Below the pieces are notes generated by a model. That model worked only from the letters and a program-made list of their open reading frames with translations. It was not told the origin of the DNA and did no database searches. From a candidate division TA06 bacterium 32_111 (GTDB lineage Bacteria > Hydrothermota > 32-111), in contig LGFX01000004.1 of assembly GCA_001508335.1 (NCBI GenBank), positions 1,646 through 65,645 of the forward strand: DNA of 64,000 bases, written 5' to 3'. Shown here in pieces: positions 28,090 through 37,839 of this stretch. The translations under genes were made by a program, and so were the position numbers. Numbering within the stretch: position 1 is the stretch's first letter; each line of letters starts with the position of its first letter.

Positions 28090-29246
28090 AAAAATTTTTT
28101 CTTTTAGTTATATTTTTACCACTTTTTATTTTTTCATTTAAAAAAGATAGCTATATGTTTTCTGGTGATTCCTATGAGAGGTACCCATATTTTCTTGATA
28201 AAAAAAGTATAGCAACTCTTTTCGATTTTGAAAATTTTTATGAAAATAGAGAGGTTCTTTATAAAAAAGATTTTGTTTTAAACAAACCTTTTTACGATTT
28301 TCAAATTACTCACACATATACAAGAAAAGATTTTCCTTTTTTAATATATGAATTCAGAAACCCTTCCCCTTTGAACTATGATGTTAATCTAATTTCGGAT
28401 AAATTCTCAACTCTCATATACTCTTCCCTTTCCAAAAATGATTCATCAAAATTTTTCAAAGGATTTTCAAACTTTCAAATAAATTCGGGAAATCTTTATA
28501 AATACGATAATCAGTTGATTTTTAATTACAGATTTCTAAACACTGAAGTAACCTTAAACGATTTTGAAAAATCTTTTCTTTTGGGGTATCAAACCGCTTT
28601 CCTTTCTTCAAGGATAGGTTATGATCTTTCCAAAATACTCCTTTCAAGAATTTTTCTTTACGGAAAAAATTTTTACCTTTACTCTTGTGAGAAGTTTCAC
28701 ACTTCTGATAAGAGTTTTGAGCACTTTTTGTACACCAAATATTTTGGGAATTTTTTGTTAACAAACTACAATTTAGAATTATTTTATGATTCAACTTTGA
28801 ATATTACAACTGGAGTTTTGCAGAGAATTTTGCCACAATTTTCAGTTTATGGTAATACCGATTTTTCATATCCCCAAAAAGATCTTTTTTTCAACTTTGG
28901 TTTAAGGTTTATTGAAAAGAACCTTTATGTGGATTTCATGCCTTTTTACAGAAACAAACTCAATTATAATTTAAGTTTTCTTTTTGAATCAAAATTTTTA
29001 GATATCCATTCAAAAGTTGAGAAGGATACAACAATAAATTATGATTTTTCTGGAAGGTTGAAGGGTTATTTTTTTAAAAACAATCTTGAATCATCTTTAA
29101 CTGTAAACTATAACAGTTTAGAAGAGGTTGAAACTATAGTTAATTTCAAGATTGTGAACGGTTCCTGTTTTATCGGTTCAAAGTTCTTTCTGGAGGAAAA
29201 GGAGTACCTTATAAAAGGAGGATTCTACTGGAAATTTTTAGATTGA
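28086..29246 (+). CDS. Hypothetical exported protein (possibly an outer-membrane beta-barrel)
   Basis: It has a signal peptide, an aromatic-rich sequence with alternating pattern, and ends in ...GGFYWKFLD. I recognise no family. Confidence 0.5.
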   Translation: MKKFFLLVIFLPLFIFSFKKDSYMFSGDSYERYPYFLDKKSIATLFDFENFYENREVLYKKDFVLNKPFYDFQITHTYTRKDFPFLIYEFRNPSPLNYDVNLISDKFSTLIYSSLSKNDSSKFFKGFSNFQINSGNLYKYDNQLIFNYRFLNTEVTLNDFEKSFLLGYQTAFLSSRIGYDLSKILLSRIFLYGKNFYLYSCEKFHTSDKSFEHFLYTKYFGNFLLTNYNLELFYDSTLNITTGVLQRILPQFSVYGNTDFSYPQKDLFFNFGLRFIEKNLYVDFMPFYRNKLNYNLSFLFESKFLDIHSKVEKDTTINYDFSGRLKGYFFKNNLESSLTVNYNSLEEVETIVNFKIVNGSCFIGSKFFLEEKEYLIKGGFYWKFLD

Positions 29247-29884
29247 TACTTTTATATTCGATCGCTTTTTTTTCAATAAACATTTTTTCATTCGATTTTA
29301 CACCTGTGAGATTGAAATATGATGGAGGGGATTGGTACAACGATCCTGAAAATTTGAAACTTCTATCAAAATTCGTTAACGAGAATACCCCATTAAGGAT
29401 GGACACGAATGAAATTGTTCATGAAATGTCAGACAAAGATATAAAAAAATACCCTTTTCTTTTTATGGTAGGTCATGGAGGTTTAAAGTACGGTAAAGAA
29501 GATCTTCAAAATTTAAGAGATTATATACTTGAAGGTGGGTTTTTGCTTATAGATGACGATTATGGATTCGATAGGGATGTAAGAAAATTTTTGTCGGAAC
29601 TTTTTCCTGATAGGGAACTTGTGAAACTATCTCTCGATAAAAATTGTGAACTTTTGAACACCTTTTTCAAACTGGAAAAGTTTCCAAAGATGCATGAACA
29701 TTATCCCGGTCCACCTGAAGTTTACGCAATATTTGTTAAAGATAAGATAGGTGTTCTTTTCCTATATAACACAAACATATCGGATGGATGGACATACCCT
29801 GAAAAATACAAAGACCCTGAAAATAAAAGAATTGAATCTTTTAAAATTGGTGCTAATATAGTTTTCTACTCCCTGTTCAAGTAG
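29243..29884 (+). CDS. DUF4159 domain protein
   Basis: DGGDWYNDPENL...YPFLFMVGHGGLKYGKEDLQNLRDYILEGGFLLIDDDYG matches the DUF4159 pattern. It has a TTG start that overlaps the previous stop. Confidence 0.65.
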   Translation: MILLYSIAFFSINIFSFDFTPVRLKYDGGDWYNDPENLKLLSKFVNENTPLRMDTNEIVHEMSDKDIKKYPFLFMVGHGGLKYGKEDLQNLRDYILEGGFLLIDDDYGFDRDVRKFLSELFPDRELVKLSLDKNCELLNTFFKLEKFPKMHEHYPGPPEVYAIFVKDKIGVLFLYNTNISDGWTYPEKYKDPENKRIESFKIGANIVFYSLFK

Positions 29885-29892
29885 TTTTCCTA

Positions 29893-29920
29893 TTGACTTT
29901 TTTAATTTTTTGTTTATATT
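29893..29920 (+). promoter_or_regulatory. Putative sigma70-type promoter of the Rrf2-nifS-nifU operon
   Basis: TTGACT (29893-29898), a 16-nt spacer, then TATATT (29915-29920), 19 nt upstream of the ATG. Confidence 0.35.
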
Positions 29921-29938
29921 ATACTAAAAAGGTGTAAT

Positions 29939-30337
29939 ATGAAAATAACAAAAGAACTCGAATGTGTTATCGCAACATTAACAGCACTGGGAAGAAATAA
30001 AGGAAAATATCTCTCTCTAAACGACATAGTAGAGATTACAAATTTTTCAAAACCGTTCACAAGAAAGATAGTTGCAAAAATTTTAAAACTCGGTTATATC
30101 AAAAGCGAAATGGGACCACAGGGAGGGTATGCTCTAAATGATGGAAGCACAAAAATATCCCTGAAAAAACTTGTTGAAGATATTGAAAACAGAAAAAGGT
30201 TTGTTGAATGTTACAATTCAAAATCTTGTATAAGTAAAAAAAAGTGTATAATAAGTAATAGCATGAAAGATCTAAACAGACAACTTGATAGGGTACTTGA
30301 GAGTTTCACTATAGAAAATTTTATAAAAGGAGAATAA
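29939..30337 (+). CDS. Rrf2-family transcriptional regulator (IscR-like)
   Basis: Winged-helix N-terminus (LSLNDIVEITNFSKPFTRKIVAKILKLGYI), a C-terminal Cys cluster (CYNSKSCISKKKC), and a position directly upstream of nifS-nifU. Confidence 0.75.
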   Translation: MKITKELECVIATLTALGRNKGKYLSLNDIVEITNFSKPFTRKIVAKILKLGYIKSEMGPQGGYALNDGSTKISLKKLVEDIENRKRFVECYNSKSCISKKKCIISNSMKDLNRQLDRVLESFTIENFIKGE

Positions 30338-31501
30338 ATGAAAAAGAAATTCATTTATCTTGATAACAATGCTACAACAAAAGTAGATGATAGGGTTGTA
30401 AGCGAGATGCAGAGATATTTTACAGAGGTTTATGGTAATCCTTCCTCTCTTTACGATCTTGGTCAGGAAGCGAGAAAAGCGATAGAAAATGCAAGAGAGA
30501 GGGTGGCAAAAATTTTAAATTGTAACCCTTCAGAAATCTATTTCACAGGCTCTGGAACCGAATCTGACAATTTAGCCATAAAAGGTGTTGCCAGAAGGTA
30601 TCAAAAGAAAGGTAAACATATAATAACTTCAGCAATAGAACATCATGCTGTTTTGCATACGGTTGAATATTTAGGCAAAAAGGAAGGATTCGAATACTCT
30701 CTTGTTAAAGTTAACAATGATGGAATAGTTGATCTTGATCATCTTAAATCGCTTATAAGGGATGATACAACACTTATTTCTATAATGTATGCAAACAATG
30801 AAACTGGTGCAATACAACCTATAGAAGAGATAGGAAAGATAGCGAAAGAAAGGGGAATCTATTTTCATACCGATGCAGTTCAGGCAGCAGGAAAGTTATC
30901 TCTTGATGTGAAAAAGTTGAATGTGGATATGATGTCCCTTTCAGGACACAAATTCCATGCTCCCAAAGGTGTTGGGATTCTTTATAAGAGAAATGGAATA
31001 AATCCTATACCTTTATTCCATGGTGGGCATCATGAGAAAAATCTAAGACCTTCAACCGAAAATGTCCCATATATTATGGGAATAGCGAAAGCACTCGAAA
31101 TCGCTTACGATGAATTCGAAGAGCACAAAGAAAAGATTTATAAACTCAAAATGATGTTAAAGGAAGGCATTGAAAAGAATATAGAAGGGATAGTTTTGAA
31201 CACTCCAGAAAATAGTGTTTTCAACACTCTGAACTATTCTTTCAAGGGAATTGAAGGTGAGTCTATACTTTTTTCTCTGAACGATTTTGGAATAGGAGTA
31301 TCAACAGGTTCAGCATGCACATCTGGTAGTCTTGAACCAAGCCACGTTATTATGGCTATGGGAAGGGACCATGCTATCTGTCATAGTTCCATAAGATTTT
31401 CATTAAGTAAATATAACACGGAAGATGAAATCAGATATACTATAGAAAAACTTAAAGAAGTGATTGATAGGATAAGAAGAATATCACCGTATAAACAGTA
31501 A
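30338..31501 (+). CDS. nifS: Cysteine desulfurase (NifS/IscS type)
   Basis: IYLDNNATT, the PLP lysine motif SLSGHKFHAPKGVG and the active-site loop STGSACTSGSLEPSHV. Confidence 0.9.
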   Translation: MKKKFIYLDNNATTKVDDRVVSEMQRYFTEVYGNPSSLYDLGQEARKAIENARERVAKILNCNPSEIYFTGSGTESDNLAIKGVARRYQKKGKHIITSAIEHHAVLHTVEYLGKKEGFEYSLVKVNNDGIVDLDHLKSLIRDDTTLISIMYANNETGAIQPIEEIGKIAKERGIYFHTDAVQAAGKLSLDVKKLNVDMMSLSGHKFHAPKGVGILYKRNGINPIPLFHGGHHEKNLRPSTENVPYIMGIAKALEIAYDEFEEHKEKIYKLKMMLKEGIEKNIEGIVLNTPENSVFNTLNYSFKGIEGESILFSLNDFGIGVSTGSACTSGSLEPSHVIMAMGRDHAICHSSIRFSLSKYNTEDEIRYTIEKLKEVIDRIRRISPYKQ

Positions 31502-31510
31502 GGAGATTTT

Positions 31511-31894
31511 ATGTACAGTGACAAAGTAATGGAACATTTCAGAAATCCTCACAACTATGGAAAGATGGAAAATCCTGATGGTGTTGGAAGAGTTGGTAAT
31601 CCTCAGTGTGGAGATGAAATGGTAATTTATATTAAAGTTGAGAACGATGTAATAGTTGATGTGAAGTTTGAAACTTTTGGATGTGTTGCTGCAATTGCAT
31701 CTTCATCGATAACCACAGACCTTATAAAAGGAAAAACTATAGATGAAGCGTTGAAGATAACAAACAAGGATGTTGTTAATCAACTTGGAGGGTTGCCGGC
31801 TATAAAAACACACTGTTCTGTTCTTGCTGAGGATGGAATAAAAGCAGCAATTGATGATTACCTTAAAAAGAAGAAAGAGAAAGAGCAGAACTGA
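31511..31894 (+). CDS. nifU: Fe-S cluster scaffold protein (NifU N-terminal/IscU type)
   Basis: GNPQCGDEM, FETFGCVAAIASSS and HCSVLAEDG, the three conserved Cys motifs. Confidence 0.9.
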   Translation: MYSDKVMEHFRNPHNYGKMENPDGVGRVGNPQCGDEMVIYIKVENDVIVDVKFETFGCVAAIASSSITTDLIKGKTIDEALKITNKDVVNQLGGLPAIKTHCSVLAEDGIKAAIDDYLKKKKEKEQN

Positions 31895-32667
31895 TGGAAA
31901 AAGATTTTGAAAAGGTAGTAAGAGTTGTAAAAAAACTTAGAAAAGAATGTCCCTGGGATAAAAAACAGACCCATAAATCTTTAAGAAGATTTGTTGTTGA
32001 AGAATCATATGAACTGGTTAATGCTATAGATAAAAAAGATAAAGATAAAATTGTTGATGAACTTGGAGACATTTTACTTCAGGTTATTTTACATTCAGCA
32101 ATAGGAGAGGAAAAGGGAGAATTTACTTTAAAGGATGTTCTAAAAAACCTTGAAAAAAAATTGAAAAGAAGGCATCCCCATATTTGGGGAGATGTTAAAG
32201 TAAAAAATGAAAAGGATGTTTTAAAAAATTGGGTTGAGATAAAGAGGAATGAAAAAAATCATAAATCTATAATGGATAACATTCCAGTATACCTTCCATC
32301 ACTCATTCTGGCTTACAAAGTTCAGAAAAAGGCTTCAAGTAAAAGGTTTGAATGGGAAAAGGTTGATGATGTTTACGAAAAACTTTATGAAGAGATAAAA
32401 GAGTTAAAAAAAGCAAAAAATGTGAATCAAAGAGAGGATGAAATAGGAGATATTTTTTTTACACTCGTTCACCTTGCAAACAGATTACAAATAGATTCTG
32501 AGTTATCTTTGAGAAAATCTGCGATAAAATTTGCAGAAAGGTTCAAAAGGATGGAAGAAATGGTTATAAAGGATAAAAAAAATTTTGAAAGTTTATCCAT
32601 TGATGAACTTGATAAATACTGGAATAAAGCGAAAAAGAGTTTAAAAACTAACAAATCTGTAGAGTAG
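31894..32667 (+). CDS. mazG: MazG nucleoside triphosphate pyrophosphohydrolase
   Basis: LRKECPWDKKQTHKSLRRFVVEESYELVNAI...ELGDILLQV, plus a second MazG repeat. Confidence 0.9.
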   Translation: MEKDFEKVVRVVKKLRKECPWDKKQTHKSLRRFVVEESYELVNAIDKKDKDKIVDELGDILLQVILHSAIGEEKGEFTLKDVLKNLEKKLKRRHPHIWGDVKVKNEKDVLKNWVEIKRNEKNHKSIMDNIPVYLPSLILAYKVQKKASSKRFEWEKVDDVYEKLYEEIKELKKAKNVNQREDEIGDIFFTLVHLANRLQIDSELSLRKSAIKFAERFKRMEEMVIKDKKNFESLSIDELDKYWNKAKKSLKTNKSVE

Positions 32668-33579
32668 CAAAATTGAAATTGCTATAGAGAAAGGTGAGAG
32701 TAAAAAAGAAAAAAGTATGAGTTGGTTTGAAACTATCTTGTTTCCCCCATTTCTTTCAACTAAAATAGGTAAAGCTGTTATAGGTGGAACGGCAAGTTGT
32801 AGTAAAATAATAATAGAGAGATTTTTCGGAAGTTTTAGAAAATAAAGTATCAAAATTGATGTGAAAGGGAAGACAAAATTTTTAATAAGAACGAATGGTA
32901 TAATAGTTTTTAAATAAAATTTTTTTGAGTTTTTTAAATCTATATAAATATTCCCACCAAGAATCAAAATTAAAAGCGGAATAGACATAGAGCCAACCAT
33001 TCTTGATGCATTTATTACAAAAGATGGAACCAACTTTGAAAATCCCAACAACTTTAAAATTATACCTAACAAAGTTGCTATAAGAACAGGATGGAATGTT
33101 TTTAAAATGTTCAATTTTTCAGTTTTACCATGAAAAAAGAATGAAAATGAGTTAAAAAGGAATGCAGCGTAGAAGATCATAAAAAGAAAAAGATCCGTTT
33201 TTAAAGATAAGAATGATTGTACTGTTGAAAATATAGCGAGTGGAAAGAAAATTCCATTTTGGAAAAGAAGTGAAACAAAAAATTCTTTGCGGTGTTCTTT
33301 AGGGGAGAGAAATTTACCAAGGTAAGAAAGTACAAATATAAAAATCGTTGTTCCAATCCAATAAAGTGGATAAAGGTACCAATCCTTCTGTTGTGAAGGT
33401 TCAAATTTTGTTAAAATATCTGAAAAAATCATCAAAGGTAAAGAGATTTCAAGAGATAGAGTTGAAAGAATGGAAAAAATATTTTCATTTAAAAATTTTC
33501 TGTAAAGTAAGAAAAATCCCAAAAAACCTATTGCGAGTAAACCTAAAACTGCACTGAAGGTTGACCAGAAAATGTCCAT
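32641..33579 (-). CDS. AEC (auxin efflux carrier) family transporter
   Basis: A 312-aa polytopic membrane protein with about 10 TM segments and a typical AEC length and layout. It converges on mazG with a 27-nt overlap. Confidence 0.6.
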   Translation of the reverse strand: MDIFWSTFSAVLGLLAIGFLGFFLLYRKFLNENIFSILSTLSLEISLPLMIFSDILTKFEPSQQKDWYLYPLYWIGTTIFIFVLSYLGKFLSPKEHRKEFFVSLLFQNGIFFPLAIFSTVQSFLSLKTDLFLFMIFYAAFLFNSFSFFFHGKTEKLNILKTFHPVLIATLLGIILKLLGFSKLVPSFVINASRMVGSMSIPLLILILGGNIYIDLKNSKKFYLKTIIPFVLIKNFVFPFTSILILYFLKLPKNLSIIILLQLAVPPITALPILVERNGGNKIVSNQLILFSFLLSPFSIAISILLLYRFVSF

Positions 33580-33768
33580 AAAGAGATTATATTTAAAAAA
33601 AATCTGTATTCAATAACAATTTTTATATGAACACTTAAATTCGAAAAATTTAGAATAAATATATTGACTTTTGGTAAGAAAAATATTATTATAATTATAT
33701 CGAATCAAAATTTAATGAGATTAAAATAAAATTTATCACAAGAAAACAATTGAAGGGAAGGTATTCTT

Positions 33769-35586
33769 ATGACTAAAAATTTCAATTTAAAAAAAGAACT
33801 GAATTTATCAAAAGAGGAACTTATAAAGGTTTTATTTACAGAGGACAAAAAAATAGAAAAAATTTTTAGGGAATCATCCAATTTAAACGAATTGAGAGAA
33901 AAAATATTTGATCATTTGAATAAGTTAGAGAGGAATTTGTTTAATGTTTACAGTAACAAATATTATGACCGAATGCACATCATAGAGAAAAACAATGCTA
34001 AAGAGTGTCTCAGAATTTTTAAAAATATAATCAGGACTGAAAATGAAATTTTTACAAAATTCTCTGCTCTGGATACCTTACAAAAAATATATAAAAATGA
34101 TAAAAAAACTATAGATGAAGTTGACAAAGGTTTTTTGCTGGAAATTCTATATTTGATAAGGGGAATGAATGGAAAATTCCATATTAGCAATTCTTCAATT
34201 CTATCTTTTGAACAGATAAATGCAGAGTTAAGGTGTAAAATCCTTGATGGCTATTCAAAAGAGATGTTTAAACACTTTAAGAAATTTAAAAAGGGAACTG
34301 ATAAAGAGATTGTTGAAAATAGGGAGAAAGTTAAAAATAAAATTCTTGAATATTTTTCCGCAACAGAAGAAGATTGGAAAGATTATAAATGGCATTTGAA
34401 AAATATTATTAAGGATTATAAAACTCTATCAAAACTCGTAAATCTTGAAGAAGATGAAAAAGAGGGAATAAAGGAGGCTGAGAAAAAGGGCATTCCTTTC
34501 CAGATCACTCCATACTATCTCACATTGTTTAACGAGAATGGTAGAATGAAACATGATCGTGTAGTAAGGGCGCAGGTTATTCCAAGTAAAAGATATTGTA
34601 TAAATGTTGATATGAATAGAAAGCACAATATAGATATGGATTTTATGGAAGAAAAATCGACAAGTCCTATAGCGGGGGTTACAAGAAGATATCCGGTGAT
34701 AGTTATTTTAAAACCTTTTAATTCATGTCCTCAGATCTGTGTTTATTGTCAGAGAAACTGGGAGATACAAAATATCGATAATGCTGAATTTTCAAATGAA
34801 AAAATAGATAGTGCTATAGATTGGATAAAACGCAACAAAAATATAAGTGAAGTTCTTGTAACAGGTGGAGATCCTTTTACTTTGAATAATGGTTTTATTG
34901 ATTCTCTGTTAGGAAAATTGAGCAAAATAAAACATTTGGAGAGAATTAGAATTGGAACCAGAATTTTAGTAACTCTTCCGTTCAGAATAGATAGGGAATT
35001 GATAAGAATACTTAAAAAGTATAACAAAATAGGGAAAAGAGAGATTTGTATAGTTACACATATAGAAGATTCCTTAGAGATTACTTCTGATGTTCTTGAT
35101 ATTGTAAAGAAGATAAAAAATTCTGGAATAAACATTTATAATCAGCAGGTATTTACTTATTTCAACAGTTTTAAATACCAGACCTGTTTTTTAAGGAAGA
35201 ATTTAAAACTGTCAGGCATCGAACCATATTATTTGTTTAATACCAAAGGAAAGGAAGAAACTGTTGATTTTAGGGTTCCTATTGCAAGAGTAGAACAGGA
35301 AAGGAATGAGGAGGCTCGACTTCTTCCGGGAATTGTTAGAACAGATGAATCTGTTTTTAATGTTCCCAAGGTTGGAAAATCCCATTTACGTTCATGGCAG
35401 TATCATGAAGTGATAATGATTCTTAAAGACGGCAGTAGAGTTTATAGATTTTATCCATGGGAATCTATGTTGAGATTGATTGATGATTATATTTACACCG
35501 ATGTTCCAATATATTCTTATTTAAAAAGACTTGAAAATGACGGGGAAGATGTAGAGAATTACAAAAGTATATGGTTTTATTTTTAA
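33769..35586 (+). CDS. KamA-family radical SAM protein (lysine 2,3-aminomutase-like) with an N-terminal extension of about 290 aa
   Basis: Radical SAM motif SCPQICVYCQRNW, then EVLVTGGDPFTL and the rest of a KamA-like core. The N-terminal half is helical and I do not recognise it. Confidence 0.75.
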   Translation: MTKNFNLKKELNLSKEELIKVLFTEDKKIEKIFRESSNLNELREKIFDHLNKLERNLFNVYSNKYYDRMHIIEKNNAKECLRIFKNIIRTENEIFTKFSALDTLQKIYKNDKKTIDEVDKGFLLEILYLIRGMNGKFHISNSSILSFEQINAELRCKILDGYSKEMFKHFKKFKKGTDKEIVENREKVKNKILEYFSATEEDWKDYKWHLKNIIKDYKTLSKLVNLEEDEKEGIKEAEKKGIPFQITPYYLTLFNENGRMKHDRVVRAQVIPSKRYCINVDMNRKHNIDMDFMEEKSTSPIAGVTRRYPVIVILKPFNSCPQICVYCQRNWEIQNIDNAEFSNEKIDSAIDWIKRNKNISEVLVTGGDPFTLNNGFIDSLLGKLSKIKHLERIRIGTRILVTLPFRIDRELIRILKKYNKIGKREICIVTHIEDSLEITSDVLDIVKKIKNSGINIYNQQVFTYFNSFKYQTCFLRKNLKLSGIEPYYLFNTKGKEETVDFRVPIARVEQERNEEARLLPGIVRTDESVFNVPKVGKSHLRSWQYHEVIMILKDGSRVYRFYPWESMLRLIDDYIYTDVPIYSYLKRLENDGEDVENYKSIWFYF

Positions 35587-35676
35587 AGTTCCTAAAGGTT
35601 AACTTTTCAGGATTTTAAATATTCTAACTTTTTAAAAAATTTAAAAGGTTTTATCTCAACCAGTATCTACGCAATT

Positions 35677-35775
35677 AAAAACTTTCTGTCTAACCCCCGG
35701 GATTTTTGCTCTACCATAGATAGACAGAAAAATCTTGACTTTTTGCTTAATTAAGTATATATTTTAACTAAATTT
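35677..35775 (+). promoter_or_regulatory. CRISPR leader, conserved 99-nt block (copy 1) with an inverted repeat and promoter
   Basis: Identical to 54940..55038. It contains the 10-bp inverted repeat TTTCTGTCTA (35683-35692) / TAGACAGAAA (35721-35730). It also contains TTGACT (35735-35740), a 17-nt spacer, then TATATT (35758-35763). Confidence 0.75.
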
Positions 35776-35803
35776 ACAATGATAATCTCGTATTCTCCAT
35801 GGC

Positions 35804-37626
35804 GTCTTAATCGCACCATTTGTGGTATGGAAACAGATTTCCACCTGTCTCTTTCGCTATAAATTTGATTACCGTCTTAATCGCACCATTTGTGGTATGG
35901 AAACTTATTGAGATGGAGTGGATCTCGTAATAGAGATCCCTCTGTCTTAATCGCACCATTTGTGGTATGGAAACAGCTCGAGAATTTGATTTTTTCAATA
36001 ACATGTTTACCCGTCTTAATCGCACCATTTGTGGTATGGAAACCCTTGTTGCTTCTGCAACTAAACGGGAAACTATATATACAGTCCGTCTTAATCGCAC
36101 CATTTGTGGTATGGAAACTCATCTGGGTATGATTTCTCGATATTGCCTTCTGTCTCTTTTGCGTCTTAATCGCACCATTTGTGGTATGGAAACTTTCTGA
36201 CTGCTGGACCAGGAATGAGTAAGTCATCTCGTCTTAATCGCACCATTTGTGGTATGGAAACATCTCTGGTAAACTTATTAAATATTTGTCATTATAAGAA
36301 TTAGCGTCTTAATCGCACCATTTGTGGTATGGAAACGAGTCGATTGCTTCGATGTCATCACTTATCTCTGTGAAGTCTTAATCGCACCATTTGTGGTATG
36401 GAAACCCGACAGCTTTAATAACTTCTTTTACAGGCTCACCAGTTGAGTCTTAATCGCACCATTTGTGGTATGGAAACCCACCATTTATATTCAATCTTGT
36501 CTTGATTTCTACATAACGTCTTAATCGCACCATTTGTGGTATGGAAACAAGAACGCCGTTCTTGATTTAGTTTTAGACTACAGAGGTCTTAATCGCACCA
36601 TTTGTGGTATGGAAACCCACGTTTACCAGCATCACAGTATATCTCTGTGATTTTCTGTCTTAATCGCACCATTTGTGGTATGGAAACATTCCATCTATGG
36701 ACCCAATAGTCACCACTTGCTGGGTACACCTGGGTCTTAATCGCACCATTTGTGGTATGGAAACATCACATAGTTCTTCGCTTTCCCATGTTGTGCTACA
36801 TATTTCGGTCTTAATCGCACCATTTGTGGTATGGAAACGCGAGAGCGGCTGCTCGTCTTCTCTCTTTCTCTTCGGCCCAGTCTTAATCGCACCATTTGTG
36901 GTATGGAAACTTATCCCCTCTCAAATAATATAATCCATCTTTCAATCTTACGTCTTAATCGCACCATTTGTGGTATGGAAACTGGATTTTAGGGGTTATT
37001 ATTTGAAGAAATATAAGTCTAAAGTCTTAATCGCACCATTTGTGGTATGGAAACGAGAGTTTTCTCTCCAACCTCCTTCTTTTATCGGAGAGAGCCCAGG
37101 TCTTAATCGCACCATTTGTGGTATGGAAACTCATATTCATTTTGTGAGTATAATCTAATAGTGTAGCCGTCTTAATCGCACCATTTGTGGTATGGAAACA
37201 TTGATATCATTTTGTAAGCATCTCTTCTTATTTTAGAAGTCTTAATCGCACCATTTGTGGTATGGAAACTCTATTTGCTCTCATAAAAAATGCGGGGAAA
37301 TCCCGCATAGTCTTAATCGCACCATTTGTGGTATGGAAACCTATCGATATCCAGTGGTCCACAGAGAAGATGAGTGGGAACCCCCGTCTTAATCGCCCCA
37401 TTTGTGGTATGGAAATGCCAACTCATGTGCTACTGACCATCCAACTTTGTCTCTTAGTCTTAATCGCACCATTTGTGGTATGGAAACTATGGCCACCAAG
37501 AATTTCACAAACGGACGCTATGATTTGTCTTAATCGCACCATTTGTGGTATGGAAACATCCTCAATGTTGCCGTTAATAATAAATTTTACAAAGTGTCTT
37601 AATCGCACCATTTGTGGTATGGATAA
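35804..37626 (+). CRISPR. CRISPR array 1: 26 repeats of 31 nt and 25 spacers (37-46 nt)
   Basis: The repeat is GTCTTAATCGCACCATTTGTGGTATGGAAAC. Repeat starts: 35804, 35874, 35944, 36013, 36088, 36163, 36231, 36306, 36375, 36447, 36518, 36586, 36657, 36734, 36808, 36880, 36952, 37024, 37100, 37169, 37239, 37310, 37386, 37457, 37527, 37596. The repeat at 37386 carries 2 substitutions, and the last repeat is degenerate at its 3' end (…GGATAA). Orientation is + because the leader/promoter is upstream, the degenerate repeat is distal, and the 3' ATGGAAAC is a Cas6-type 8-nt handle. Confidence 0.97.
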
Positions 37627-37768
37627 ATTTTTTAATTAAACTTTTGAATAAAAATTGTTACAATATTGGGAATATTGCACTTTCAATAGGATCTTTGTTT
37701 AAGAGATAAATTGATAAGAAGATTGATTTTTATAGAACTTGTTTTCATAAAATTTAAAATAAAAATTC

Positions 37769-37796
37769 TTGACAAAATATATTTTATTGGTATTAT
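37769..37796 (+). promoter_or_regulatory. Putative sigma70-type promoter of the accessory/csm operon
   Basis: TTGACA (37769-37774), a 16-nt spacer, then TATTAT (37791-37796), about 45 nt upstream of the GTG at 37840. Confidence 0.4.
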
Positions 37797-37839
37797 TTTA
37801 TATGTTTTATTTTTAAGTAAACATTAAAAAAGGATATTT

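Noticed and set aside
37270-37309. Array-1 spacer 21 contains TGCGGGGAAATCCCGCA. Its reverse complement is a hairpin followed by TTTTTT, which is an intrinsic terminator in the target.
   Set aside because: This is probably just a protospacer taken from the 3' end of an invader transcript. It is consistent with RNA targeting but not informative by itself.
35804-37626. Possibility that the two arrays in the window are the Cas9 (type II) arrays.
   Set aside because: The repeat and its reverse complement (GTTTCCATACCACAAATGGTGCGATTAAGAC) show no complementarity to the putative tracrRNA at 4017..4119. The repeat ends in a Cas6-type ATGGAAAC handle, and the arrays flank cas6/cas10.
35807-37639. 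Multiple 60-125 aa ORFs on both strands inside array 1, such as 35807..36103(-), 35877..36227(-) and 37262..37639(+). They have repetitive peptides (VLIAPFVVWK, LNRTICGMET, FHTTNGAIKT).
   Set aside because: They are translations of the CRISPR repeat in different frames. Their periodicity equals the repeat-spacer unit, so they are not genes.
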